Assembly: GCA_965249325.1 (NCBI GenBank)
Contig: CBDFLP010000020.1
Span: 65,428-129,427, forward strand
Length of the DNA stretch: 64,000 nucleotides
Direction: 5' to 3'
DNA from: Dehalococcoidia bacterium
GTDB taxonomy: Bacteria > Chloroflexota > Dehalococcoidia > Lucifugimonadales > Australimonadaceae
Positions 30,383 to 39,190 of the stretch are shown here, piece after piece. The position numbers and the translations under genes are program-made. How positions within the stretch are numbered: position 1 is the stretch's first letter; every line of letters starts with the position of its first letter. The notes under the pieces are model-generated. The model saw nothing but the letters and a program-made list of their open reading frames with translations. It searched no databases and was not told the DNA's origin.

Positions 30383-30727
30383 GGACCCTCTCTCTAACCC
30401 TTCCTCGGGCTTGGGTTCAAGAAGCCGAAAATGAGGAGCAAAGCAGCTTCTTGGTGAGGGTTTTTACTCGTAAGGGTCTGAAGTCTGTGTCGCTGAAAGG
30501 GGTACTTTCTGTTTCTTGATCGCGGGAAGCAGGCCGTGGCCTGCTAAACAGCCCCGATTAAGAAACAGAATTAAATGTGAAAACACGATTAAGTCATTGG
30601 CTCTCTCTATGAGATGTCGGCGAGTTATAGGGCGCGGGAGAGGGCTTGGGGCGGTATGTCGGAGTGGGGCCATCCCATCCAGGGTACCGTAGGGGGGTGG
30701 CTGGGGTAAGGGGCAAGTGTCGCGGTC
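30383..30727 (-). repeat. Structured intergenic element, copy 2 (reverse orientation, core flipped relative to flanks)
   Basis: Its reverse complement is collinear with 54861-55180 (GACCGCGACACTTGCCCCTTACCCCAGCC...GGTACCCTGGATGGGATGGC...CATAGAGAGAG...CGTGTTTTCAC...CCCCTTTCAGCGACAC...CAAGAAGCTG). The exception is the central 32-40 bp, which reads in the opposite sense. Confidence 0.85.
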
Positions 30728-30818
30728 CTGAATGGCTCGCGGGATTAGGGAGGGGAGGGCTGTGGGAGGAGCATTCGGGGGTGTGGATGCAACCGTCGCG
30801 CGTTGAGCGGGCCGCGCG

Positions 30819-30846
30819 TTGAATCGTCGCAGACCATGCCTATAAT
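30819..30846 (+). promoter_or_regulatory. Sigma-70-like promoter for the Cache-like gene
   Basis: TTGAAT, a 16-nt spacer, then TATAAT. The direct repeat CGCGCGTTGA occurs at 30797 and 30813, the second copy overlapping the -35. Confidence 0.55.
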
Positions 30847-30962
30847 GGCGCCCGGCTGCACGGCGGAGCGTCATCGCCGGCGGAATCTCGCCGCGATTCA
30901 GAGCTAGTGGACAGGCAGCCCAACCAGGAGTCGCCCATCTATTGCATCAAAGGGTTCGTCGG

Positions 30963-31487
30963 ATGCGTCTAGATCGGCGGAAGCTCGTCGGCAGCGTGAT
31001 GTTTCTTGCGGCGGCGGTCGCAGCGCTCCTCATCGTGTTCGGCCCGTGGCGTGCGGCCCAGGAGCCTTCTCAGGCTGATGTGGTCGTCGCCCTCGATACT
31101 CTGGCGGCGGAGCTCGAGGCTGACAGACCGCCGTTCCCGGACGCGTGGGCCAAGCGCCTTCAGGATTACCTCGAGGCTCATCCTGCATTCTTCGGCTCTG
31201 CCGCTGCGTTGCTTGACCGCTCCGGCAACGTTACTGCCAGCCCTTATGTCTATCGCACGGCTGACGGCTACGCTTCCTTAGACCTCGCCGTGCCTTCGTA
31301 TAGCATCGAGGGGCAGGAGTGGCTCACAGCGCCGCTCGAAGCGAACGCGGGAGTTTGGACGGCTCCCTATTTCGACGCCGGCGGCGGTGAGATATGGATG
31401 GTCACGCGCTCTGTGCCAGTGCGCGATGCCGATGGCATTTTCGCCATCATCACGACCGACTTGCCCGTGGATGCCCCGACCCAATAA
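30963..31487 (+). CDS. Membrane-anchored Cache-like extracytoplasmic sensor domain protein with no output domain
   Basis: An N-terminal TM (LVGSVMFLAAAVAALLIVF) is followed by a PDC/Cache-like pattern (YVY...W..PYFD..GG..MVT.S.PV.D..G...I.T.DL). Confidence 0.45.
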   Translation: MRLDRRKLVGSVMFLAAAVAALLIVFGPWRAAQEPSQADVVVALDTLAAELEADRPPFPDAWAKRLQDYLEAHPAFFGSAAALLDRSGNVTASPYVYRTADGYASLDLAVPSYSIEGQEWLTAPLEANAGVWTAPYFDAGGGEIWMVTRSVPVRDADGIFAIITTDLPVDAPTQ

Positions 31488-31496
31488 TGTGCGAAT

Positions 31497-31550
31497 ACCC
31501 CTAGGCGGGACTCGAACCCGCAACCTTCGTCTTGCGACAGAGGCGCTCTT
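31497..31550 (-). other. tRNA 3'-half-like fragment (T-arm plus acceptor 3' strand); no full cloverleaf found
   Basis: The minus strand reads ...TGTCGCAAGACGAAGGTT GCGGG TTCGAGT CCCGC CTAGGGG T. The T-arm is perfect with a TTCGAGT loop, but no complementary 5' acceptor strand, D-arm or anticodon arm could be folded upstream. Confidence 0.35.
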
Positions 31551-31643
31551 CGGCAAAGTCAGCTCGGAGTTGAGACTTAGGGCGACGCCGTTCACGGCGA
31601 AGTATCTTGACTGAAGGACCGACGGCGCTGGAGTTGTTCGAGC

Positions 31644-32194
31644 ATGGCCTCAGGCAACAGAGTGGACCGCCCCATCCCCAATAGCTATTGGGTCAGCCCC
31701 GGCCATTTCGCGGCGGGGGAGTATCCCGGCGCGAAGGACTCCAGCGAGGCTGCGTCAAGGCTGAGGAGTTTTCTCGGCGCGGGGATTAACCATTTCATCG
31801 ACCTGACGGAGCCGGAAGAACCGCTGGAACCGTACAGCGGCATGGCGGAGGAGGAAGCCGGCCGCCTTGGCGTGACCGTTGGCTATGAGCGGCATCCGAT
31901 CACTGACGTGAGCGTCCCGCGTCGCCCGGAGCAGATGACCGCGATTCTCGACGCCATCGACGCCGCTTTGAACGATGGCAAGACTGTGTACGTCCACTGC
32001 TGGGGCGGCGTGGGGCGAACGGGGACAGTGGTAGGCTGCTGGCTGGTGCGGCACGGACGTACAGGAGAGGGCGCTTGGACCAGATCGCCGAGTGGTGGCA
32101 GGGAGTGGAAAAGGTCTATCGGAAGCCTGAATCGCCCGAAACGTATGAGCAGCAGGCGTACGTCCGCAACTGGACTGAGCCACCTAGGCAGTAG
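31644..32194 (+). pseudogene. Dual-specificity/tyrosine protein phosphatase, frameshifted near 32074
   Basis: P-loop VHCWGGVGRTG. After ...GRTGEGA the sensible continuation LDQIAEWWQGVEKVYRKPESPETYEQQAYVRNWTEPPRQ* lies in the +2 frame, ending at TAG 32192-32194. Confidence 0.65.
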
Positions 32195-32196
32195 AT

Positions 32197-33149
32197 GTGG
32201 TGAGCGAGATAACGACTAGGGACCGCTTTCGCGGTTGCCTGCTGGGACTGGCGGCGGGCGACGCGCTGGGCACGACGCTGGAGCTCAAGCCGCCCGGCAC
32301 TTTCGAGAGAATCGACGACATGGTCGGCGGCGGGCCGTTCAGGCTGAAGCCCGGCCAGTGGACCGACGACACGTCCATGGCCTTGTGCCTGGCCGTGAGT
32401 CTGATCGAAAGCGGCGGGTTCGACGCCGCGGACCAGATGCAACGCTACGTGCGTTGGTGGCGCGAGGGCTATTTGTCCTCCAGTAGCGGGCCTGCTTTCG
32501 ACATCGGCAACACGGTCGCAGGCGCGCTGTCGAATTATGAGAACACCGGCGAGCCCTACTCCGGCTCCACTTCTCCGCACTCCGCAGGGAACGGCTCCCT
32601 AATGCGGCTCACTCCGGCGCCCATGTGGTTTACCGGCGACCCCGCCGAGGCGATCGAACGGAGCGCCGAGAGCTCCCGAACGACCCACGGCGAGGAGGAG
32701 GCGGTTGACGCCTGCTGCTACTTCGGCGGTCTGCTCGTCGGCGCTTGCATGGGGCCGACAAGGAGACGCTCCTCAGCGCGCGCTACTGTCCAGTCGAGGG
32801 TCTTTGGGAGAGGAGTCCGCTGGCGGAGAAGATTGCCACTATTGCTGACGGGTCGTTCAAGCGCCGAGAGCCCCCGGACATCAGAGCGACGGGCTACGTC
32901 GTCGACTCATTGGAGGCGGCGCTGTGGGCGTTCTACCGGTCGCAGAGCTACCGGGACGGGGCGCTTCTAGCTGTTAACCTCGGGGACGACGCCGATACAG
33001 TCGGCGCAATCTACGGTCAGATTGCCGGAGCGCATTATGGAGTCGGAGCGATTCCTGCGGAATGGCGTGAGCGGCTCACGATGGCGGCGGAGATTGCGTC
33101 GATGGCCGACAGCCTCTATGAAGGGGCCCGGCGGGCGTTGGGGGAGTAG
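32197..33149 (+). pseudogene. ADP-ribosylglycohydrolase (ARH/DraG family), frameshifted near 32745
   Basis: N-terminal FRGCLLGLAAGDALGTTLE. After ...GGLLVGA the family-typical continuation [10 protein letters not shown]...[14 protein letters not shown]...[22 protein letters not shown] is in another frame (ORF 32745-33149). Confidence 0.7.
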
Positions 33150-33195
33150 TATCCAAGGGACTAAGGGGGCTAGGGGGACACTAGGAGGATGGCTC

Positions 33196-34023
33196 ATGGC
33201 TGAGGGAGTGCTAGACGGAAAGACGGCGCTGGTCACCGGCGCAGGGAGCCCCATCGGGATGGGAAGAGTCATCGCGCTCTCCCTTCTGCGCGCCGGGGCA
33301 AAGGTCACGATGCTCGACATCGACGCTGGGTCGTTGGAGCGTACGGCCAACGAGGCCCGCGAGATAGCGGGAGACGCCGCGGTGGCCACGGTGATCGCCG
33401 ACATCAGCAAGTGGAGCGACGCGGAGCGCGCCGTTCAGAGCGCAGTCGAGGCCCACGGAGGGTTGGACATCCTGGTGAACCTCGCCGGAGTCCATCACCG
33501 CTCCCTTCTGCCTCCGTCGAATCCTCAGCCGCCGTTTTGGGAACTGCCGGTCGAGGTCTGGGAAACCCTCATCGCGGTCAACTCGACTGGCCCATTCCTA
33601 ATGGCGCGGGCGGCGGTGGGGCGCATGGTCGCTCAGGGGTGGGGCCGGGTGATCGGCGTCACGACGAGCCTGGACACCATGACGCGGAACATCCCCTACG
33701 GGCCGAGCAAATCGACCCACGAGGCGCTCGTGGCCGCGATGGCGCCGGAGCTCGAGGGCACGGGAGTCACCGCCAACGCCCTGCTCCCCGGAGGAGGGAC
33801 GAACACCATGTTCGTCGCGCGCGACCCCGGCCGCGATTTCAGCGCGTTGGTCCAGCCGGAGGTGATGGGGCCGCCCGCCGTCTGGCTTGCGTCCGAAGCG
33901 TCGGACGGATTCAACGGCATGCGAGTCGTCGCCGCCGACTGGGACCCCGACCTGAGTCCGGACGAAAACCTCCGCAACTCCTCCGCGCCTGCCGCTTGGG
34001 CGCAGCTGGGCCGTCAATCCTAG
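33196..34023 (+). CDS. Short-chain dehydrogenase/reductase (SDR)
   Basis: TGAGSPIGMG cofactor motif, a YGPSK catalytic motif, and AGGAGG 7 nt before the ATG at 33196. Confidence 0.85.
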   Translation: MAEGVLDGKTALVTGAGSPIGMGRVIALSLLRAGAKVTMLDIDAGSLERTANEAREIAGDAAVATVIADISKWSDAERAVQSAVEAHGGLDILVNLAGVHHRSLLPPSNPQPPFWELPVEVWETLIAVNSTGPFLMARAAVGRMVAQGWGRVIGVTTSLDTMTRNIPYGPSKSTHEALVAAMAPELEGTGVTANALLPGGGTNTMFVARDPGRDFSALVQPEVMGPPAVWLASEASDGFNGMRVVAADWDPDLSPDENLRNSSAPAAWAQLGRQS

Positions 34024-34115
34024 GGCGAATCCACGCCGAACGGGCGGCATACGCGCTAAACTTGTAACGTCGCGCTCGCTGAGCGCGGAAATCGTCACAA
34101 CGAGAGGCTACGGAC

Positions 34116-35339
34116 ATGAACATCGCTCTCAACCATGCCGCACTCCTGCTGGTCGACGTCCAACGCGACGCTCTGCATCCCGAAGGCGCGATGGGGCGCG
34201 TGGGCCTGGCGCCCGAGCCCTCGGAAGCATCCCGCCTCGTGGGTAAATGGGGGGAGCTCGTCGATCTCATGCGCGGGGCAGGCAGGCCCGTCGTCTGGGT
34301 GAAGACCTGCCTGCGCTCCGACTTCACCGATAGCGTCTATGCCCCGGCTTGGCTGGAGCGGCGGCTGGCGGACGTAGGCCCGTTCTTCATCGAGGGCGCC
34401 TGGGGCGCGGAGCTCATGGACGGTCTCGACGCCGCGCCGGACGACTACGTCGTGGTCAAGAAAGGCCATAGCGCCTACGACGCCACCCACCTCGATCGCC
34501 TCCTCACGAACCTCGGCGTCAGCCAGTGTATCGTGGCCGGCGGCGGCGTGACGGACTCTATCGCCGAGACCGCCCGAACAGGCGGGCGGTTGGGGTACGA
34601 GCAGTTCGTCGTGGAGGACGCGCTATACCCCCCGGACGCCGCCGAGCTGCGTGCGCCTCGGAAGCAAGCGGAGGTCGTTTTGTCGGAAGAGGTCTTCGCC
34701 GCCGCTTCCGACGCGCCGCCGAAGGCGGGCCCCGACTACGCGATGGTGCTGGTCGACATGCAGAACGACTTCATGAACGCGGAGCGTCCCCACGTTCTCC
34801 ACGGCCTCAGCGATCCAATGCCCGAGGAGAAGCGTCTGAGCATCGTCGAGAACACGCAGAAGCTGAGCGCGGCGATGCGCGAGCGGGGCTGGCCCGTCAT
34901 CTATGTCAGGGTGGTCCGCCGCCAGGACAACTCGGACGACGTTCACAGCAAGACGCACCGGCGCGCCCGCACGCTCCCGCCCGGCGTCACCCATTGCGCC
35001 ATCGGCACCTGGGGAGCGGAGATGGTCGACGAGCTGCACCCCGAGGAGGACGACTACGTCGTCGAGAAGAAGGGCGGCAGCGGCTTCGGCTACACCCCGT
35101 TGCACCGCATCATCAGGAACCTGAACGCCCGCCGCCTGCTCATGACCGGAGGCGCCGTGACGGGATGCGTATGGGCGACGGCGCTCGACGGCGTGGCCCT
35201 TGGGTACGACGTCACGGTCATCGCCGACGCGACCTACCCGCCCGACTCGCCCGACCTGTCGACGCTCGGCGAGTGGTGCGCCGTCCGCCCGACAGCGGAA
35301 GTCCTGGCGAGCTTCAGCCCCGCGACGGCGGCGCGCTAG
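34116..35339 (+). CDS. Fusion of two isochorismatase-family (cysteine hydrolase) domains
   Basis: Domain 1 reads LLLVDVQRD...VVKKGHSAYD...GGGVTDSIAETA. Domain 2 reads MVLVDMQNDF...VVEKKGGSGF...GGAVTGCVWATALDG. Only domain 2 keeps the nucleophile Cys. Confidence 0.75.
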   Translation: MNIALNHAALLLVDVQRDALHPEGAMGRVGLAPEPSEASRLVGKWGELVDLMRGAGRPVVWVKTCLRSDFTDSVYAPAWLERRLADVGPFFIEGAWGAELMDGLDAAPDDYVVVKKGHSAYDATHLDRLLTNLGVSQCIVAGGGVTDSIAETARTGGRLGYEQFVVEDALYPPDAAELRAPRKQAEVVLSEEVFAAASDAPPKAGPDYAMVLVDMQNDFMNAERPHVLHGLSDPMPEEKRLSIVENTQKLSAAMRERGWPVIYVRVVRRQDNSDDVHSKTHRRARTLPPGVTHCAIGTWGAEMVDELHPEEDDYVVEKKGGSGFGYTPLHRIIRNLNARRLLMTGGAVTGCVWATALDGVALGYDVTVIADATYPPDSPDLSTLGEWCAVRPTAEVLASFSPATAAR

Positions 35340-35383
35340 CGCCGAGCGCTTCTCCCGGCGCCTGTACGGGAATGGCGGTAGGG

Positions 35384-36541
35384 TTATGTAAGCGCCGCGT
35401 GCAGGCCGTAGAGATTGGCGGGGTTGCGGCGGAGCATCTTGTCCACGATGCGTGGGTTCACGTCGCCGCGCTCGGCCATCTTCCGCATAGCGTCGATCTG
35501 CGTCGACTGTCCCGTGTGCCCGTAGTCGGTGCCGACAACGAGGTTGTCCTCGCCCGCGTACTCGATGATGTGCGGCAGGCCCTCGTAGACCTCGTACATC
35601 ATGTACATGCGGTTGTCGGCGAACACGGTCGGGCTCAACTCTTTGCCTGCGCCCTCTCTCGGCCCTCGCACTCGCTGACGCAGGTCTGTGACGACGTGCG
35701 GTGCCCAGCCCGCCCCGGACTCCAGGAAGGCCCAGCTGAGCTTGGGAAACAGCGAGGGGACTTCGCTGAAAATCAGGGCATGGGCGCACGCGACGAGCAT
35801 CAGCTTGAACGACGTGAACGCTGACTCGCCGGGAGCGCGTCCGAGGACGCTGTTGATCTCTTCGTTCGCGTTGCCGACGTGCAGAATGATCGGCGCGTTG
35901 AGCCGCTCTGCCGCCTCGTACACCGGGTAGAAGTAGGGCTCGGTGACGATGCCCTGGGCCTCGACCGGACGCATGAAGACGCCGCATGCGCCGTGGGCGA
36001 CCGACCACTCCAGCTCCGCGATGGCCTCGTCGAGCGCCATGAAGGGCAGGACCGCGGTCCACCGGAGACGACCGTTGCTCTGCCGCGTCACGTCCGCCAG
36101 CCAGCGGTTGTAGCCGCGCGCCAGCGCGACCTCGACCTCGGGCCGGTCCGCGACCCGCCTGATGAAGAACGATGTATGCAGCACCTGGATGTCGACGCCC
36201 ACCTCGTCCATGTGACGCAGTCGCGCGTCCACGTCGGCCATCTGCGCGGACTCTTGCGGCGTCAGAATCGTTCGCCCGGAGGTCTTCTCGCGCTCCTCCA
36301 TCTCGCCCGGCTGCCGGGAGGGGGAGCCGAAGCCGCGCACCTGGCCGTCGACGAGCCACCGCGGGCGTTCGGCGCCGCCATGGATGGGGGCGACCAGGAT
36401 TGGGCGGTACTTCTCGTCGGAGGGGTCCATGTACTCCCACGTGCGCTCGGTCTCGATGACGTGGGCGTCGGCGTCGATGGTGGGGAGCGATACTTCCCCT
36501 TCGTTCGTCACTGTCGGCGCATGCTGCTGTTGGATCACCAT
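35384..36541 (-). CDS. Amidohydrolase-2 family metal-dependent hydrolase (paralog of 26952-28049)
   Basis: IDADAHVIETERTWEYMDP and GTDYGHTG motifs. Confidence 0.8.
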   Translation of the reverse strand: MVIQQQHAPTVTNEGEVSLPTIDADAHVIETERTWEYMDPSDEKYRPILVAPIHGGAERPRWLVDGQVRGFGSPSRQPGEMEEREKTSGRTILTPQESAQMADVDARLRHMDEVGVDIQVLHTSFFIRRVADRPEVEVALARGYNRWLADVTRQSNGRLRWTAVLPFMALDEAIAELEWSVAHGACGVFMRPVEAQGIVTEPYFYPVYEAAERLNAPIILHVGNANEEINSVLGRAPGESAFTSFKLMLVACAHALIFSEVPSLFPKLSWAFLESGAGWAPHVVTDLRQRVRGPREGAGKELSPTVFADNRMYMMYEVYEGLPHIIEYAGEDNLVVGTDYGHTGQSTQIDAMRKMAERGDVNPRIVDKMLRRNPANLYGLHAALT

Positions 36542-36656
36542 GCTTCCCTCCTTGGCGCACAGGCGTCACGCGGGAATAGTAAGCCATCGAGGGAGGGCTG
36601 AGGGGAATTTCTCCTCTCCGTTTGCGGGGAGGATTGTGAGGGGGAGTGGAGCCGGG

Positions 36657-36679
36657 TTTCCCGCTTTCGCGGGAACGAC
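36657..36679. repeat. REP-like hairpin repeat
   Basis: TTTCCCGCTTTCGCGGGAACGAC is the reverse complement of GTCGTTCCCGCGAAAGCGGGAAA; the stem is TTCCCGC/GCGGGAA. Confidence 0.65.
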
Positions 36680-36692
36680 GGAAAGGGGCAGC

Positions 36693-37193
36693 CTAATGCC
36701 GAGGACGGCGGCGGCGCGACTGCCGGCGCCGAAGCAGTCTCGTCTCCCCCGGAGGGGCGGGAGGAGCTTCTAGGAAGACCACGCTCTCCGGGGGGCTCGG
36801 ACGCTCCTCCGTTGCGTCGGCTGCGTCGGCGTTCGCCGCAGCGCCGCCGCCTATCCCCTGGGAGGGCGGCAACGGCGGAGCGGGCGGTTGGTGGTACAGC
36901 ACCGCCAGTAGCACGAAGAGCGGGTGGATGAAGATGGCTTGGAGCGCCATCTGTCCAACGGCGAGCACGACCGCCCCGATGCTCCAGCGGAAAACCGACA
37001 TTCGCTTCCAGCGGGCGATCAGCGGGACCATGCCGACAGGCCCGAACAGGGCCGTGACGTAGACAGGCTGGTCGTATGGGGTCCCGCCGAAGATGAGCAG
37101 AAGGCCGACCAGCAAGGCGAGCCCAGTCAGGATCGCCAAGGGCCACGCCGCGAGCGCCGGCATATTGAACAGGAATGGCAACCGTCTACCCAT
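36693..37193 (-). CDS. Hypothetical membrane protein with a Pro/Ala-rich C-terminal tail
   Basis: Four hydrophobic helices in the first 100 aa. The tail is low-complexity and may partly be read-through. Confidence 0.4.
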   Translation of the reverse strand: MGRRLPFLFNMPALAAWPLAILTGLALLVGLLLIFGGTPYDQPVYVTALFGPVGMVPLIARWKRMSVFRWSIGAVVLAVGQMALQAIFIHPLFVLLAVLYHQPPAPPLPPSQGIGGGAAANADAADATEERPSPPESVVFLEAPPAPPGETRLLRRRQSRRRRPRH

Positions 37194-37240
37194 CGCTGTA
37201 AGCCTACATTAAGGGGAGCGTCGGCGCCTCTAGAGCGCGC

Positions 37241-37729
37241 TCATTCGGTAGTGACTTGATTGTTGGGGACAGCTGGCTTGCCGATAGAAATCGCGAAACG
37301 ATACGCGGAGGTCGCCATCCCCTCCCTCTCGTAAAATCGATGAGCGTCCTTCCGATGCATGGCTGAGTCAAGCTCGAGCCGTTGACACGACTCAGCCTCG
37401 GCCCAACGAATCAGCCATTCGAGGAGATGGGCGCCATGCCCCTTGGACCGCTCGCTATCGAGGGTGACTAAATCGTCAACGTTTAGAAAGCGCCCGGACC
37501 CAAGCGTTTCGAGGATCCGAAAGCCGGCTACCGCTACTGGATGTCTCTGACTCTCAACATACGCTAGGCGATAGCCAGCCTCTTGCTGGGAACGAACTCG
37601 GGAAAGGAAGGAGTCCAGAGTGAGGTGGGGACGTAACTGGCGCATAACGGCGAAGCACGCCGCAATTTCTTGATCTGACTCCGCGAGTTGGATGTTCACT
37701 GAGAGTTCCTTCGTTGTCGAGCAACCCAT
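37241..37729 (-). CDS. GNAT-family N-acetyltransferase; start uncertain
   Basis: Acetyl-CoA motif LVTLDSERSKGHGAHLLEWL and C-terminal AHRFYEREGM. Confidence 0.75.
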   Translation of the reverse strand: MGCSTTKELSVNIQLAESDQEIAACFAVMRQLRPHLTLDSFLSRVRSQQEAGYRLAYVESQRHPVAVAGFRILETLGSGRFLNVDDLVTLDSERSKGHGAHLLEWLIRWAEAESCQRLELDSAMHRKDAHRFYEREGMATSAYRFAISIGKPAVPNNQVTTE

Positions 37730-37786
37730 TCCGACCGGACTGCTTGCTGCCCGGTCGCAGGCGTATTGAAGACGAAGCACGTGCGC

Positions 37787-39190
37787 TCACTCCAAAGGCG
37801 GGCGCCGGTCGTGCCAGTCGGTGCGCTCTTGGTAGGCGTGGCCTATCTGGAACAGGGTGTTCTCGGCGAAGGGACGTCCCGCAATCTGGAGGCTGAGCGG
37901 CAGGCCTGCTCCCGTGAAACCGATGGGGACCGCCATGGCGGGGACGCCGGACAGGTTGAACGGGCTGCGGTGGGAGCGCAGGCCGAAGAACTGGCTCATC
38001 ACCGCTTGCTTCGACGTCAGCCCCGTCTCCGTAGCGATTGGCGGCGCGCCCGCCGCTTGCGCCGGCGTCACGATGACGTCGAAACGCCCCAGCTCGCGCA
38101 TCACGTCCCGGCGCATCAGCGTGCGGAACCGCGCCAGCTTGGCGTAGGCCGTCCCGGGGATGAGGCTTGCCGCCATGAGGCGGCGTCGGGTCGCGAAATC
38201 GTAGTCTTGGGGCCGCTCCCGCAGCCACTTGCGGTGGGTGTGCGCCGCCTCGACGTCCGACAGCGTGTTCGCGATCAGCCCGCCTCTCTCGAAGAGCGGC
38301 AGCGAGGCGTCGGCCACGCGCGCGCCCGCCTTCTCCAGCACGTGCATCGCGGCGTCGACTGCCGCAGCCGCCTCGTCGCTCGCCATCCCGTTGTCGATGC
38401 TCTCACGGATGACCCCGACCCGCACCCCCTGCAGGTCGTCGCGCGGCTCGAACGGCGTCACGGGCCGGTTCGAGGTGTAGGCGTCCTTCGGGTCGTGGCC
38501 GGCGATGGACTGATAGACCATCGCCGCGTCGGCGACGGTCTTGGTCATCGGGCCTATCGTGTCCATGAACCAGGCCATGGGGAAGGCGCCGTGGCGGCTC
38601 ACCGCTCCCCAGGTGGGGCGAAGACCCACGATGCCGCACCAGCCCGCCGGACCCCTGATCGAGCCCGCCGTGTCCCCGCCCAGTGCTGCCGCGCAGAGCG
38701 ACGCGGCGACCGCCACGCCCGAGCCGCTGCTGGACTGGCCGGCCTGCCGTGTCTCGTCCCACGGGTTGTGGGGCACGCCGAAGGGGTGCTGGACGTTCCC
38801 TCCGAGCGCGTACTCGCTGAGGTTGAGCTTGCCCAGCAGCACGGCACCGGCCTCACGCAGGCGTCCGATGGCGGTCGCGTCCTCGGTCGCGACGTAGTCG
38901 ACGATGTTGCCGCCGAGGGTCGTCCGCAGGCCCTTGGCGTCGAACTGGTCTTTCACGGCGACAGGCAAGCCGTGGAGCGGCCCGCGCCCAGCGCCGCGCG
39001 ACAGCTCGGCCTCGGCGTTCTTGGCCGCTTTTAGCGAGCCTTCCTCATCGAGGGTGATGTAGGCGTTCAGCCGCTCGAACCGCTTCGCCCTATCGATGAA
39101 CGCTTGCGTCAGCTCGACAGGCGAGAGCTTGCCGCTCGTGATGAGCGCGGACAACTCCGTTGCCGGCTTGAGGGTCAGGTCATCGGCCAT
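37787..39190 (-). CDS. Amidase-signature enzyme (GatA/AtzE-like)
   Basis: PVAVKDQF (Lys), GQSSSGSGVAVA and GGDTAGSIRGPA amidase-signature motifs. Confidence 0.85.
   Translation of the reverse strand: MADDLTLKPATELSALITSGKLSPVELTQAFIDRAKRFERLNAYITLDEEGSLKAAKNAEAELSRGAGRGPLHGLPVAVKDQFDAKGLRTTLGGNIVDYVATEDATAIGRLREAGAVLLGKLNLSEYALGGNVQHPFGVPHNPWDETRQAGQSSSGSGVAVAASLCAAALGGDTAGSIRGPAGWCGIVGLRPTWGAVSRHGAFPMAWFMDTIGPMTKTVADAAMVYQSIAGHDPKDAYTSNRPVTPFEPRDDLQGVRVGVIRESIDNGMASDEAAAAVDAAMHVLEKAGARVADASLPLFERGGLIANTLSDVEAAHTHRKWLRERPQDYDFATRRRLMAASLIPGTAYAKLARFRTLMRRDVMRELGRFDVIVTPAQAAGAPPIATETGLTSKQAVMSQFFGLRSHRSPFNLSGVPAMAVPIGFTGAGLPLSLQIAGRPFAENTLFQIGHAYQERTDWHDRRPPLE

Noticed and set aside
30464-30874. 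ORF 30464-30874 (-) and ORF 54685-54966 (+) share peptide stretches such as P..GTLD(G/E)MAP...APSP.P, hinting at a small conserved protein.
   Set aside because: The similarity is nucleotide-level repeat identity. Frames and stops are not conserved across the three copies, and copy 1 is interrupted at that point.
31497-31600. Tried to fold a complete tRNA (including class II and selenocysteine types) or a tmRNA 3' end on the minus strand.
   Set aside because: Only the T-arm and a 3' acceptor-like strand fit. No 5' acceptor complement (CCCCTAG), no GG-containing D-loop and no 7-nt anticodon loop were found. The acceptor does not match the GGGG... of tmRNA. It is kept only as a fragment.
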